Notes: generated from the sequence alone by a model not told the origin. A stretch of 64,000 bases of DNA from Octopus sinensis (GCF_006345805.1 NC_042998.1:48918001-48982000); one strand, 5' to 3'. Shown: positions 15,189-30,214, numbered from the stretch's first letter. Numbers and translations: made by a program.

Positions 15189-15371
15189 TATAAACCCTTC
15201 AGATTCACCATGCATAATAAACATTTCCACAACAAACACACCGTGTCCATAAATACAAATAATTGTTGTTGGAGCATCTTGGGTTCAAGAAAAGCAATTC
15301 TAGAATTTTTTATTGGACAAACCTGCACAGTTGATTTGCTTCTAGTGATCAAATGTTTGCACTGTTCAATG

Positions 15372-15570
15372 GGATACTGGAAAGTTCCTGGCTTGGAGGC
15401 CTGGATAGAGGCCCAGCCTTCAGAGTTTTACAGGGCTTAGGAAAACCAAAGGACCACTAACTACAATAAGTGTGTGAATCTGGGAGGGGAATATGTTGAA
15501 TAAAATCATAACTGATCCTCCAGTATTTACTTTTACTGAAAGCCAAGAAATTTTCAGCACCCTGTCATAC
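15372..15570. mobile_element. Mariner-like MITE (second copy at about 24215-24422)
   Basis: Imperfect TIRs ggatactggaaagttcctggct / agccaagaaattttcagcaccc; shared interior between the two copies. Confidence 0.6.
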
Positions 15571-16223
15571 ATGGGCTGACTCCCTCCACCAAATTGGCAT
15601 TGCCTGTACAGGCACTTTTTGTGTTACTCACCAGATGTCAAATTGATAACATTAAATTATTTTGGTAACTGGAAAAAAAAAACATAGAATGGAGTGTTTT
15701 GCTTGAGAATACAATGCATCATTCAGTCTGGAAATTGAAACCAAAACTTATCAAGAGTCCAACATCTTTACTTGGCTACAGACCTTCCCCAGGCCAGTAC
15801 ATAATGTGCTTTTAATGTCTTCTTGTTGAGGGGGGGAAAAAACACAGATGCACAACTACTAAATGTAAATCAGATTAAAAATCCATTTGAACATATTGAA
15901 TTAAATATAAACAAAAGATCAATAAAGTAGTTTTAAAAAAATCTACGTTGGTGAAAACTTTTAGTTACCAAATCTAAGTTTAATCTTTTTAGCAGAAGCA
16001 GAGATGTAAGTAAATGTGTAGCCAACAATATAAATCATCATTGAAAGAAAATGTAGAGGTAGGTGCAGGTGTGGATGTGTAGTTCAGAATTTTTCTTGCC
16101 AGCAACATGGTTTTGTGTTCAATTCCACTGCATGGCACCTGGGGCAAGCATCTTCTAGTATAGCTCTGGGCCAACTGAAGTGTTGTAAGTGGATTTGGTA
16201 GGCAGAAACTGAAAGAAATAAGG

Positions 16224-16640
16224 CGGTGAGCTGGCAGAAATGTTAGCATGCTGGGCAAAAATGCTTAGTGGTATTTCGTCTGCCACTACATTCTGAGTTC
16301 AAATTCCGCCGAGGTCGACTTTGCCTTTCATCCTTTCGGGATCAATAAATTAAGTACCAGTTACGACCTGCGGTCGATATAATCAACTTAATCCGTTTGT
16401 CTGTCCTTATTTGTCCCCTCTGTGTTTAGCCCCTCGTGGGTAGTAAAGAAATAGATATTTCGTCTGCCACTATGTTCTGAGTTCAAATTCTGCCACGGTC
16501 AACTTTGCTTTTCATCCTTTCAGGGTCAGTAAATTAAGTACCAGTTACACCCTGGGGGCGATATAATCGACTTAATCCGTTTGTCTGTCCTTGCTTGTCC
16601 TCTCCGTGTGTAGTCCCTTGTGGGCAGTAAAGAAATAAGA
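16224..16640 (+). mobile_element. SINE family A, head plus two about 185-bp body units
   Basis: ggcggtgagctggcagaaatgttagc head, then the repeated body. Confidence 0.85.
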
Positions 16641-17127
16641 AACTGAAAGAAACCCATCATATGTGTGTGTGTGCATATAAGAGTGTTAGTGTGTATGTTT
16701 ATGTCACCTTGCATTAAAATAGCATGATATTGTTAACGAATATCATTGTCAAACAATGTCATTCATTTCCAATATTCTGCAAAACAGGTCTGGCCATAGA
16801 GAAATATTATCTTGCTTGGAAACAGTTAAGGGTTGACAACAGAAAAGGCATCCAGTCAAAGAAAAATCTGCTTCAGTAAACTCTGTCCAACCCATGCAAG
16901 CATGTAAAAGTAGACACTAAAATGATGATGTGATGATGACGATATGTCCAATTTGTTTCCTTGCTAGCATGAGTTAGACAAATACATATTGAGGCATTGT
17001 TTTACAGCCAGATGCCCTTTCTGATACTATCCTTTATCTGTTTTTCATTTAATGGCTTTATCATTCCAATTGATCTTCAAAAGTACAGAGCCAACAAATG
17101 ATTTATTGACAAGGAAGTGTCAAGACG

Positions 17128-17552
17128 TAGGGGTGGCTGTGTGGTAAGTAGCTTGCTTATGAACCACATGGTTCTGGGTTCAGACCCACTGCGTGACACT
17201 TTGGGCAAGTGTCTTCTACTATAACCTCGGGCCAACCAAAGTCTTGTGAGTGGATTTGGTAGACAGAAACTGAAAAGAAGCTCGTCATATATATGTATAT
17301 ATATATATATGTATATATGTATGTGTGTGTATATGTTTGTGTGTCTGTTTTTGACCCCCCCCCCAACATCACTTGGCAACTGATGCTGGTGTGTGTATGT
17401 CCCTGTAACTTAGCAGTTCAGCAAAAAGAGACTGATAGAATAAGTACTAGGCTTACAAAGAATAAGTCCTGGGGCCGATTTGCTCGACTAAAGGCAGTGC
17501 TCCAGCATGGCCACTGTCAAGTGACTGAAACAGGTAAAAGAGTAAAAGAGTA
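17128..17552 (+). mobile_element. SINE family B, full length (tRNA-like head, microsatellite middle, conserved tail)
   Basis: gtggctgtgtggtaagtagcttgc...ggttcag; tail gatagaataagtactaggcttacaaagaataagtcctgggg. Partial copies at about 2925, 12090, 13330, 16060, 17690, 17905, 18610, 21090, 21915, 23717, 24020, 32620, 42955, 43710. Confidence 0.85.
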
Positions 17553-20500
17553 AATGCCGCCATTTTTTTGCTCAATGCTACTTAAGGAAGAACAAGGAAA
17601 GTGAACATTTACATAAACATATATAAGTATGCATACACGCACTCACATACACACATGCACACAAACACACACACACAAACACACAACAGGCTTCCGTGCA
17701 GTTTCCATCTACCAATTGCACTTACAAAATATTGGTTGACCTGAAGGTTCAGCAGAAAACACTTGTCCAAGGCACAATGTAGTGACTAGAACTTGAGACC
17801 ATGCGATAACAAATTGAACTTCGTATCCTTATAACTGTGTTTCACAATTTAACAAACTGATAGGTCTTTATTTCAAATATTTCCAATTTTATTTTAGAAA
17901 GCATAGCTGTTTTGTTAAGAAGCTCACTTTCCAACAATGTAGAGTTGGGTTCAGTTCTAATGTACAACACCTTAGGCAAGTATCTCTACTATTGTCCTGG
18001 GCCAACCAAAGCCTTGTGAGTAGATTTGATAGACAAAAACTATCAGAAGCTTGTCATGTGTGTGTGTGTGTGTGTACCCTTGTGAAGTTGTTTATTTCTA
18101 GTTTTCTGTGAAAAACACATCTGGCCATGGGGAAATATTACCTTGCTGGGAAACAGGTGAGGGTTGGCAACAGGAAGGGCATCCAATTGTAGAAAGGCTG
18201 CCTCCACAAATTCAATCTGACCCATGCAAGTACGAAAAAGTGGATATTAAAATGACAATGAATTCATATTCTACAGGGTGGGCCAAAAGTCTTGCACCAA
18301 AAGATTGGCATTCTACATATATTTTATTATCATTATTATTATGATTAATAGGATAGCAAGCTGGCAGAATCTTTAGCACACCAGGCAAACTGCTTAGCAG
18401 CATTTTGTCTTTACATTCTGAGTTCAAATTCCACCAATGTTGACATTGCCTTTCATCCTTTCAGGGTCGATAAATTAAGTACCAGTTGAGTGAGTACTGG
18501 GGTTGATGTAATCAACTATCCCCCTCCCCCAAATTTCAGGCCTTGTGCATAAAATAGAAAGGATTCCCTCTCTCTCTTTCTCAGAGAAGCACACATATAC
18601 ACACATATACACACACGGCAGTAACTTCCGCCTATCAAATTCAATCACAAAGCCTTGGTCGGCCCGGGGCTATAGCAGAAGACACTTGCCCAAAGTGCCA
18701 CACGGTGGGACTGAACCCAAAACCATGTAGCTAGGAAGCAAGCTCCCTAACCACACAGCCATTATTGATTTTGTCCATCATTTATAAGTACATGTGTATT
18801 CATAATTATTTTATTTATTTTATACAATTTTAGAAAAACTGAAACATGTCTGACAATTCCTGAGCATATAGAACTTTGTGTGACTTTTGGCCCAACCTGT
18901 ATAAATAGATGTTGTGTATGTGAAAATATAAGCTAAAAAAATGTGAACTGTATTCATTTTGTCATTTAGAATAACTGTGGATGATAGTAGATCAATCCTT
19001 TGTAACCAAGATTTTACTTATAATGCATTCTCCATATCACATTTCAATCTTAAATCTAATATCTCTCTACTGTACTAATAATATCTAGAAACCATATGTT
19101 GATGTTAAGGTTGTGTGTGAAAATTCTAACAGTAACATCTATCACTTAAAAGCTTAACCTTGAGTTGTCTTAACTAGAAACCTTTCATAACATTTCATTC
19201 AGTCAAAGTAAATCTACTGAAGGAATGAGATTTTAAACTGACAACACAACAGAACACACTTAATATATGTTATTATTTTTGTTAGGGGAGAAAAAACAAA
19301 TATTTTTTTTATTCTCCAAAACTGGAAAAGGTCAATAAAGATTACAGAGAAGCTATTTGTCATTTTATTAACAGATACATATTTTTTCTGTTGACATATT
19401 TTCAAATATCTAGTTTTTGTCAATGTCAGAAGTTGACAGAATTCTATTGTTTATCAATTTTTTTTACACAAATGAAAGGTTCAATACCCATTCATGCAGA
19501 AGAATTTTGGAAGAGAAAAAAATAAATAAATTAAGGACATTATACCCTTTATGTAACTTGCTTTTAGGTCTACAAATCTCCAAACTATAATACAAATATA
19601 CCTGCATACATATGTACATATGTGCATGTATACATACTTGATGGCTGTCAACTCATCAGGCAGACATGACGATCACTGACAAGTTATCTCATTTCTGGAT
19701 TTCTTTCTTCTTTTTTTTCCATTCATCATGGGATTTACATTGGTTTTAAAGCCAGCAAATGACTCACATTTTTTATTGCAGACACAGCATACATATTCAT
19801 GTGTTGCAATCAAGCGCTCCTTCTGTACAGAAACTCTGTGTATATTCACAAGTCATGTGAGTCCTGATTAGTTTGAAAATATCCCTACCACATATATTCT
19901 TTTCTACTCTAGGCACAATGCCCAAAATTTTTGGGGAGGAGGCCAGTCAATTAGATTGACTTCAGTAAGCAACTGGTACATAATTTATCAACCCCAGAAG
20001 GATGAAAGGCAAAGTCAACCTCGGTGGAATTTGAACTCAGAACGTAGACAGACAAAATACCTCTAAGCATTTCACTCGGCATACTAATGTTTCTGCCAGC
20101 TCACCGCCTTCCTACCACATGTATTCTATAATGGATTAACAGCTAGAAATTGGTTAGATTTAAACTGAGGACTTTCAGCCCTGTTTGTGTAGATAAAAAG
20201 AATAAAGATCCCTCCTGAGTTTTATAGACTCAGAGGGCCAGTTTCCTGATTTCCATGATGCATATATTCCCCCTTGGACAGAATGCCAGTCCATCACCGG
20301 ATTATTCATTTTTTCTAGCTGAAGGGGCTGAAGTAACATGAAATGAAGTGCTTTGCTCAAGAGTACAACTTGTCACCCAGTTCAGGAACTGGAATCACAA
20401 TCTTAGAATCCTGAGTCTAACACTCTAACCACTAAGTCATGCACCTCCACCATGTTTGTGTTGATGGCTTGTGTGGCCAACTCATGGAGGCAAACTGGTT

Positions 20501-21781
20501 TGCAATCATCACATTCTAAGTGTGGGACAGTTTGACCAACAGGTTCCTCTTTCCCTGGCTGCTCCCTTTATATTAGTCCATTCTAATGAAAATTCTTGAA
20601 ACTTCTTGATGCTATGTATGCATGTACATATGTACGAATGTATGTTATTGACTTTTTAGCCTTGCTGGAGGCATGACAACTTCTTTAGTGCTAGTCCCAT
20701 GAAAAACTGTACCTAGTACACTCTGTAGGCATTGGTAAATCAAGCGGAGCCTCTTTAGCATTGCTGAGGGCACAACAACCACTCTAGTGCTGATGTTATA
20801 AAAAAAAATGCACCTTGTACAGTCTGTAAAGTGGTTGGTGTTAGAAAGGGCATTAAGTCATAGTAACCATAACAATTGGGGTTGATTCATTCGACTAAAA
20901 AATGCTACAAGATGCTGCTCTAGCATGGCTACAGTCTAACAACCAAAACAGGTAAAAGTCAAAAGATATACGATGTATTATGTGTGTATGTATATGTATG
21001 TAGTGTGTGTGTATGTATATATATATATGTGTATGTGTGTGTGTGTGTGAGTGTGTGTACCTGCGTGTGTGCTATGTGTATGTGTGTATCTTTGAGCCTG
21101 TGTTTGTCTATCTCCCCTCACATCACTTGACAATAGGCGCTGGTTTGTTTTATGTCTCTGTTAACTTGGTGGTTCAGCAAAAGAGACTGATAAAATAAAT
21201 ACCAGATTTATATAAAACATAAGTACTGGGTTCGTTTTGATTGACAAAAAACTCTTCAAGGTAGTAACCCCAGCATGGCAGCAGTCCAATGACTGAAACA
21301 TGTATAAGATAAAAATTGCCAACAACATTGATAGCATAAAACTAAAAGCTGAAACTGAGCTCTACACTATTTTCTGAGAATTTAATTACTATTTTTTGGC
21401 TCTTATCTACAATAACAATAAAAAGTAATTCCAGAGAAAATGTTACTAAATAAGTGTGCACAGTAGATATAAAAATTACATAGTTAACACTAAGACACCA
21501 TCTCTTATATTATACAACTCTTGTTGAAGCCACACAGTATTTACTGGTATGACTAGATTTCCCAAAATTATCTCTAAAAATAACCAAATTACAATACTCT
21601 TGGATATTCCTATGCAATATAATTGGAAAAATCATATGCAAACTGTTTAGAGAGCTCATTAATGGCTTAAATAAGAAATGTTTTTTTTTTTTATTATCGG
21701 CGTATCAGTCTCTCTAGATTAGAAGAATTTATTGCAAAAGTAATTCAGAAATTTTGGTTTAAAACCCCCTAGAGACAGCTC

Positions 21782-21853
21782 TGACTTGTGGCACAATGGA
21801 TAACATGTCTGACTCCAGATCAGAAATTCCAAGTTTGAATCCTGGTAATATCG
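21782..21853 (+). pseudogene. tRNA-Arg(ACG)-derived pseudogene, CpG-decayed, anticodon now reads CCA
   Basis: TGACTTGTGGCACAATGGATAACATGTCTGACTCCAGATCAGAAATTCCAAGTTTGAATCCTGGTAATATCG aligns by eye with the invertebrate tRNA-Arg-ACG consensus. Confidence 0.75.
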
Positions 21854-22048
21854 AATGAATTTTATTTCAGAACCATCTAGGGAAGTGGCGCTAATAAATA
21901 TTTTTCAGCACAGGTATGGGTGTGAGGTAAGAAGCTTGCGTCCCAACCACATAGTTCCAGGTTCACTTTGGGCATGTACCTTCTGATAGAGCCCTGGGCC
22001 AACGAAATCCTTGTTAAGTGGATTTGGAAGATGAAACTGAAAGAAGTT

Positions 22049-22089
<41 letters not shown>

Positions 22090-22791
22090 CGTGTGTGTGT
22101 GCGTGTGTGTGTAGTATATGTGTGTGTGTAGTATATGTGCATATGTATCTTTATCTGTATTTGTCCACCACTGGTGCTGGTTTGTTTACATCTCCATAAC
22201 TTAATGGTTCAGCAAAAGATATTGATAGAATAAGTGCCAGACTTCAAAAAAAAAAAAAAAAGAAGTACTGTGCATGATTCCTTTGGATAAAACCCTTCAA
22301 GGAGATGCCCCAGTATGGCCACATCCCAAAGATTAAAAGAAGTAAACGATAAAATATATACTTTGGATGTAGATTCTATAAAAACAATATTAGGGGTAGA
22401 CAAACTAGAACATACATATAAACATTTTGTAATAATACTATTTATTGTAGTTATGTTTCTAACAGTTGTAACTATAGTGATGCTTATTTTTTTTCTGGTG
22501 GTATTATTTGTCAAATCAATATTTATGATAACAAATGATAGTATTTGTTTATATAATATTGATGGTATTTATTTATACAATAACTAATGGTATCGATAGT
22601 GTTAGCTGTGATATCTGTTTTAGCTATGTGTTGCAATAGTCCAAATAAATTTTTTTTATGATGTTTTTGGGTTGGTAATGGGATTTTGACAGTTATTTAA
22701 TAAGCAATGGTATTTGTATGCATAATATTGTTTGATATAAATATTACTAATAGTTGTCTTTGTGCTCTTCCTCTGCAGTAGTAACAAGACT

Positions 22792-22842
<51 letters not shown>

Positions 22843-23570
22843 GTTGAATAAATAAATTTTATTTTGTATTTGTAAAAGTAACAACATAAAAGATATGAGA
22901 TGAAAATTGTGGACAAATATTGCTTCATATTTATTTGGCTCGTATCACCACATATCCTACCTTTTTACACCATTCCCAGAATGATATATAGTGGTCAAGA
23001 ATTAAGCAAATAAAACTTTTCCCATATATCTGTTGAATCATAGTCTCCTTTTATTTACCTACTTACTTTGCTATCATGTTAAGAGACGTCTGTTTTCAGT
23101 GTTGGCATGGGTTAGATGGCTTGACAGGGACTGGCAAGGCCAAGGGCCACACAAGGTTCCATGGTCTGTTTTGGTTTGGTTTCTACAGCTGGATGCCCTT
23201 CCTAATGCCAATCACTTTACAGAGTGTACTGGGTGCTTTTTTGCATGGCACCATCACCAGTGCTTTTATGTAACACCAGCAACTACACCAATGTTTTTTA
23301 CATGATACCATCAATTCTGCAGTGGGCAATATGCCACATATCTCAGGTCTCTGTCATCTCCTTCATAAGGCTCAGCATTTTGAGATGTATATACACACAC
23401 ATACATACACATGTGAGCACATAGGTACAAAACAAGGGGGAGAAATAGTGCTCAAATACCACAGGTAGAATAAAATGTCCCAAATGAACCAACTTTGCAG
23501 CAGGAGGTGCAGATGAGGGCAGCTGCATCAAACTCTCTCATGAAACTAGGTGAAATAAAAAAGATATATA

Positions 23571-23632
<62 letters not shown>

Positions 23633-23646
23633 TGTATGCATGTATA

Positions 23647-23716
<70 letters not shown>

Positions 23717-24713
23717 GGCACAGGCATGGCTGTGCGGTAAGAAGCTTGCTTCCCAACCACATGGTTACAGGTTCAGTCGCACTGCATGGCACCTTGGGCA
23801 AGTGTCTTCTACTATAGCATAGGAAATCCAGAGCTAGTCATTTTTGCTGTCTGAATGCACTGGAGCAGCATGAAATAAAATGCCTTACTCAAGGACACAA
23901 CACACCATCTGGAATTGAACTCAAAAGCTGAATCGCTAACCACTAAGCCATGCACCTTCACACATGTTTACATACATATATACATACATATATATATACG
24001 TACATTGTATATATAAGGTACAGGCATGGCTGAGGTGTGGATGTGTGATAAGCAAACTTGCTTCCCAACCACATGATTCTGGGTACAGTTTCACTGCATG
24101 GTGCTTCTGGCAAGTGACTTCTATGGCAGCCCTGGGCCAACCAAAACTTTGTGATTGGATTTGGTAGAGGGAAACTGAAAGAAACCTATCATATACACAT
24201 GTGTATACATACATAAGGAAAAGTTACTGGCTTTAAGAGTATCATGAAAGGCCTGATTGGAAGCCTAACCATCCAAGTTCTTTTACAGGGCTTAGAAAAA
24301 CGGAAGGACCACTGCAATATGTATGTGAATCTGAGAGGGGAATATGTTGGATAAAATCATTATTAACTGACTCTCCTATCTTTCCTTTTACCAAAAGCCA
24401 GGAACTTTTCAGCACCCCATCATATATGTGTGTGATTTGATGTCTCCTTGTCTTGACATTGTGTGATCATTGTTATACTGTATCCTTCATTTCCATTCTT
24501 CCCTATTCAGGTGTGTATGTATGTATGTATGTATGTATAGAGAGACAGATAAAGAGAAGCACAACAGGTAACCAAAGTTTGGGTTCACTAGAGGGTCCCA
24601 TTCCACTCCTGTTTCCAGTGTAATATGGACCAGGGGCATCAAACCTTAGGATAGGCTACAGTATGGAATATAAACCACATTATAGTATTAATAAATAGAG
24701 AACAGGAATGAGA

Positions 24714-24944
24714 ATCAATGCTTTACAGAACATACACACATTTGGCAAGCTACTGTCATAATTACATAACAGTTGTTGAAACATTATATAATATTCCAAA
24801 ACTCTCTTAAGTGTTCAGCAATAAATGGCATTTATTACTGAACACTGAAGAAGTGATTTCCCAAATTATATAATATTTCAACAGCTGTTATGCCTTCATG
24901 GTAGTAATATTCTGAAGTCGGTGTATGTTCTATAAAGCATTGAA
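24714..24944. repeat. Decayed palindrome P0 with hammerhead-like remnant
   Basis: tcaatgctttacagaacatacac ... gtgtatgttctataaagcattga; centre agtgttcagcaataaatg-g-catttattactgaacact. Confidence 0.8.
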
Positions 24945-26571
24945 TACCTTGCTTGATTTCTGTGCTTTATTAATTATGCATACATACATCTTGTAGTTTC
25001 TGTCTACCAAATCCACTCATAAGGATTTGGTCAGCCTACAGCCATAGTAGGAGGTACACATACCCATATTTGTGTGTGTGTGTGTGTGTGTGTGGTTGTT
25101 GTTTCTACTTGTTTGCAAAGAGACTGCTGAACTAAAAGTTGTGTAGTCATGTTTACATTCTTAGTGAACATTATATCCAGCAGGTCTGAGGCTTCAAAGA
25201 AGATGAATAAAAAATATCCTATACTTGAAAGGCAAGGGTTAGCAGTAGAAAGGGCATCCAGCTATAAAACACCATCTCAAATAAGTATCCTTCCAATTGT
25301 CTCAGCATAGAAAGATGGACATAAAATGAATGAATGGATATATATGTATGTATAAACATGTGTGTGTTTGTATGCATGTATGTATATATGCATGTATGCC
25401 TGTATGTTTGTGGGTATTTTACACCAATATGTTTGTATATATATGTGTATATATGTGTTTGAGTACATGTGACAGGAATTATGAATATATGTACAAATAT
25501 GTATGTACTCATACACAAATATAGAAGACAAAATATCGCTTTTGTCTGAAGTTACTGGAAAGTTAATAATGATAGTGAGCTTGCCATGGAAATAAGCATC
25601 AACAACTGGGGAAATCACAAGACAATTATGTGTTTCATATATTTTGATATTACCTTTGAGATTTCCGAGAAATTTTTTCTTTTATCTCATCACTTATGTG
25701 CATCCTTAACTAAAATTGTGATAGAAATGTTCGAATGTTGTTTGTTAGTTCTGTTGTCTGATTCAGGTTAAGCCATTGGCTAACACATTGAGATCACAAA
25801 TAAAGAATATTTATCGGAAAAACATCAATGTTGCACTAAACATCCCTTTTGTAATTCAAATATTACTCCATCCATTATCTTTAACATAACTCAGAACAAA
25901 TCGACAAGTATCCTCCATTCATTATCTTTAACATAACTCGGAACAAATCAACATGTTTCATGAGAGAAGCAGTGAATAACATGGCAATGTGCTGGACAAA
26001 AGTTGTTCTGTGTGAATAAAAGATTTTTGAACGTAGTTGCGTGTGTGTGTGTTTGTGCATCATCATCATCATTCTACTTTCACTTTCCATACTGGTATGA
26101 CTTGGATGGTTCAACAACATACAACAGGTTCCAGTGCTTCACTTTTGTTATAGTTTCTATAGTTGGATGCCCTTCCTAATGCTATATAAACATATATATA
26201 TAATATAATTCATATAATTTACACTTAATATGTAATTATATATATATATATATATCACAGTGATCACCGTGACCGACCAGGCTATCAGTTGTTGCTACAC
26301 ATCGCTGGTCACAATGTGCTTCACATTGTTTTAGCCTTCAAATGACGCCACTCCACTGGCTAAGCGAGCAGTCCAACAGAAGAAAGAGTGAGAGAAAGTT
26401 GTGGTGAAAGAGTACAGCAGGGATAGCCACCACCACCACCACCCCTGCCGGGGCATCGTGGAGCTTTAGGTGTTTTTGTTCATTCAACACTCACAACGCC
26501 CAGTCTGGGAATCGAAAGCGCAATCCTAAAACCACGAGCCCAATGCTCTAACCACTGGGCCATTGTGCCTC

Positions 26572-26613
<42 letters not shown>

Positions 26614-26907
26614 GGAAAATTGATTAAGGTGACACACTCTTATTTAGTTCATCTACTTATTCAATTTTCCTATTTTCTACTAAATACGACTTACTGTACT
26701 GTTCTGGATTTAAATCCTGAACACTTAAGCAATATTTAGCTACCTTGTAATTATTCCCTTGGATTTTTCTTTTAAATTATATATATATATATATATATAT
26801 ATAGTAAATCTCCAAAAAAAAACAAAGAACAAACACAAAAAAACAACAACGCGAGGACATAGTACAGGTAAGGTATTAGCAGATGCTCGGGGAAGGAAAG
26901 AAAGGTG

Positions 26908-26942
26908 ATTTTACATTTCGAGCAAAGCTCTTCTTCAGAAAC
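26908..26942 (-). ncRNA. Solo minimal type I hammerhead (PLE pLTR-like remnant, about 26830-27010)
   Basis: GTTT CTGAAGA A GAGC-ttt-GCTC GAAA TGT A AAAT; stem III ATGT is likely CpG-decayed ACGT. Confidence 0.65.
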
Positions 26943-27149
26943 AGGAAACAGAGGAAAGTCCAATAGAAAAGGAAGATGAAGGGGGAAAAAAATCACTAAT
27001 GTGGTTACATTTTGAAATATATAGAGAGAGCAAGAAAGACAATGATTGAATTATTGTGTTTATGTGTGTGTGTGTGTGTATGTATATATATATGTGTGTG
27101 TATCTACATGTATATAGAGTGTATATGTATGTGTGTGTGTGTATATATA

Positions 27150-27185
<36 letters not shown>

Positions 27186-29356
27186 TGTATGTATGTATGC
27201 ATATGTCATGTCAGCCATTTAATAAAGCACTAAAACCATTGAATCCACTTATAATTTATCTCATGAGATGTCAAAATTTTTTTTGCACAACTGCAACTTG
27301 TCCAGTGCAGTATGTTAGTGCACTGAAAATATTGACATTTCATAAAATAAATTACAGCTGAATTTAATGACTTTTGTGCATTATTATTATTATTAAATGA
27401 CCAAAATGACTCTTTCATGCAATATTCAGTTTCAGCACACGCATGACCTCATATCAAGTCACTTGTTAGACATGTACAACTCAGATATATTATATATATA
27501 TATCCTCATCATCATCATCATCATTATAATCATCATCATCATCACTTTTATATCCACTTTTTTCTATGCGTGCATGCGTTGGCTTGTCTTCTCCAGGTCA
27601 GTGTTTTGCTACTTGTCCCCTTTCTGAGGTTCAACTTCCTGGAGTAACCTTTCACCGCTTCTCCCCCCACCCCACCCCACCATGTGTCCTCTCCTCAGTC
27701 ACCCTGTTCTAAAGTTCCTTCCTTCTGAATTGCTACAAACTCCATAAAGTCTACTCTCTTTCCAAGTGGGAAGGTAATCCATTTGTTGCCAGAACTAATA
27801 GTAGTTTCTTAAACATCTTCAATCCTATTCTTATTCATTCATTTCTAGTATTCGAAATATTTATCTCCACTGTCCCCTTGGTAACAGAAGTTAACCACTA
27901 CTTCAATGGAACCTTCTGAACATGGAAACTTCCTTCTCTGCTAGCTTGCTTGTAATCTTATTTTATTGTTTGTGCACCCTTAGTATGCATTTATCATCAT
28001 CATCATCATCGTTTAACGTCTGCTTTCCATGCTACATGGGTTGGACGATTTGACTGAGGACTGGCGAACCAGATGGCTGCACCAGGCTCCATGCATTGGT
28101 AACATCATATGGAATTCCAACCCAATCTTTACATACATTTCAAGTGTGGCCACTCCCCAGACACCAGAAGGGTCCTCTTCTTCATTTCTGCTCACTAATT
28201 TTTTTTTTTTTGTTCTTGTTCAAGCTTAACTGAAGAACTCTTGATCTGAAGCTCTGCTTCCCTGTTTAGAATATTTGACAGATTAATTTATGGGAACTTA
28301 ATGATCGGCATACAAGAGTACCATGGAAGAGTTTGTCTCAAACTTCTTTGTAACAGCCTAAACAACCTTGCTGGCTCCATCTCTGTAAATAACTTACACA
28401 GTTCTACTAAGTCATTCATATTGTTTTCATAGTGTTACCAGGCTACAGAGAGTACTTGAATACTCCCCTATTCCTCTACCTGGAAGGGCATCTGTGCATA
28501 GAAAGTCTGTCTCAATAGTTTCCTTCCAAACTATAAAGACATAAAAAAGTGAGTGTTAAAATTATGATGATGATAAGGAACAGCTGTAAAAGCCATGCCG
28601 AAACAGACAGTGGAGTTTGATGCAGTCCTCTGGCTTGCCACCGCCTGTCAAGCCACCCAAGCCATGCCAGCATGGAATACGGACATTAAATTATGATGGT
28701 GATGATAATGATGATGATGATGATATATCTCTATCTATGTAAGATAGATAGATAGATAGATAGATACACAGACAGACACACACAAATACACTAACACATG
28801 TATGTACTTTCTCGAATATGTTCCTGTCAAAATATGCACTTATTTTTTTTTTATTTTATTGGTTTTTAGCTATCAATTGTGGCCATGCAGGGGCATCATC
28901 ATGTAACTTATATGTTTATTTGCATATTATATATATATATGTTTTTTGCCTGACTGGCTTCCGTGCCAGTGGCACATAAAATGCAACGTCCGAACGTGGT
29001 CGATCCCAGTGCCCCCTAACTGTCTCCCGTGCCAGTGGCATGTAAAATACAGCATCCGAACATGGTCGATGGCAGTGTCCCCTGATTGGCTCCCATTCTA
29101 GTGACATGTAAAAAGCATCATCTGAATGTGGCTGATGCCAGTGCCCCTTGACTAGCTCCTGTGCTGGTGGTATGTAAAAAGCACCCACTACACTCTCAGA
29201 GTGGTTGGCATTAGGAAGGGCATCCAGCTGTAGAAACATTGCCAAGAAATTATTTCAAGAATATGAAAAAATTATTCAAGTTAATCAAGTTCTTAAAATA
29301 AATGTCAAACAGTGCAACCTATGCGAGCATGGAAAGTGGACATTAAACTATGATGA

Positions 29357-29395
<39 letters not shown>

Positions 29396-30058
29396 GAGAG
29401 AAAGGGGTTCTGAGAGGTAATGTTGTCATTGAGACCCAAAAGTGCTGGGTAATGCTGAATAAGTGCTCTAGATAGACCATAGTTAAGTTTCAGGTTCGGT
29501 GATTATGCGAATAAGGGTTCAACATTGTCATATGTCAGCGTGTGTATATAAAAAATATTTTTTTTGTAATGAGATAAAAAAAAACAAGGCTGTGTAGATT
29601 TTACAACACACACACTTATATGTGTGTGTGTTTGCATTTGTTATACATCTGTATAGCAGCAATGATGTCAATGTATAATGAATGCATTTAATGGATATCA
29701 TAGTAAGTTTATGGTGATTCCTTCATCTGGTTTCAAAATCCAATGGTAATTCTTTTGCTTTTATCATTAATGCTCTCGTTAAAAATATGAATATTACGCC
29801 ATTCAACTGTAAATTTATGACTTCATGCATAACTAGAAAAATAGTGTGTATGTATCTCATTACGCTCGAGCTTAATCCATTTTATTTTGACATTAAGTGG
29901 TTATGATCTCTCTCTACACACACATACCCACAAGCACATGTGTATGTGAGCATGCATGCATGCACACACATCTTCAATTTGAGTGCAGCATTGCCAGCAT
30001 TACTTTCTCTCCATCTATCCATCTACCTCCTGACTACATGTTATATATCCTTGTCTAC

Positions 30059-30111
<53 letters not shown>

Positions 30112-30112
30112 A

Positions 30113-30144
<32 letters not shown>

Positions 30145-30169
30145 GTCTGTCTGTCTGTTTATCTATCTG

Positions 30170-30214
<45 letters not shown>

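Noticed and set aside
19782-19856. Possible first exon of the Ly6 gene (AG...GTGAGT, phase-compatible, MCCNQALLLYRNSVYIHKS)
   Set aside because: No hydrophobic signal peptide; splice-like sites arise by chance. Exon 1 is left unassigned.
22587-22662. Signal-peptide-like MVSIVLAVISVLAMCCNS
   Set aside because: Runs into a stop with no donor site.
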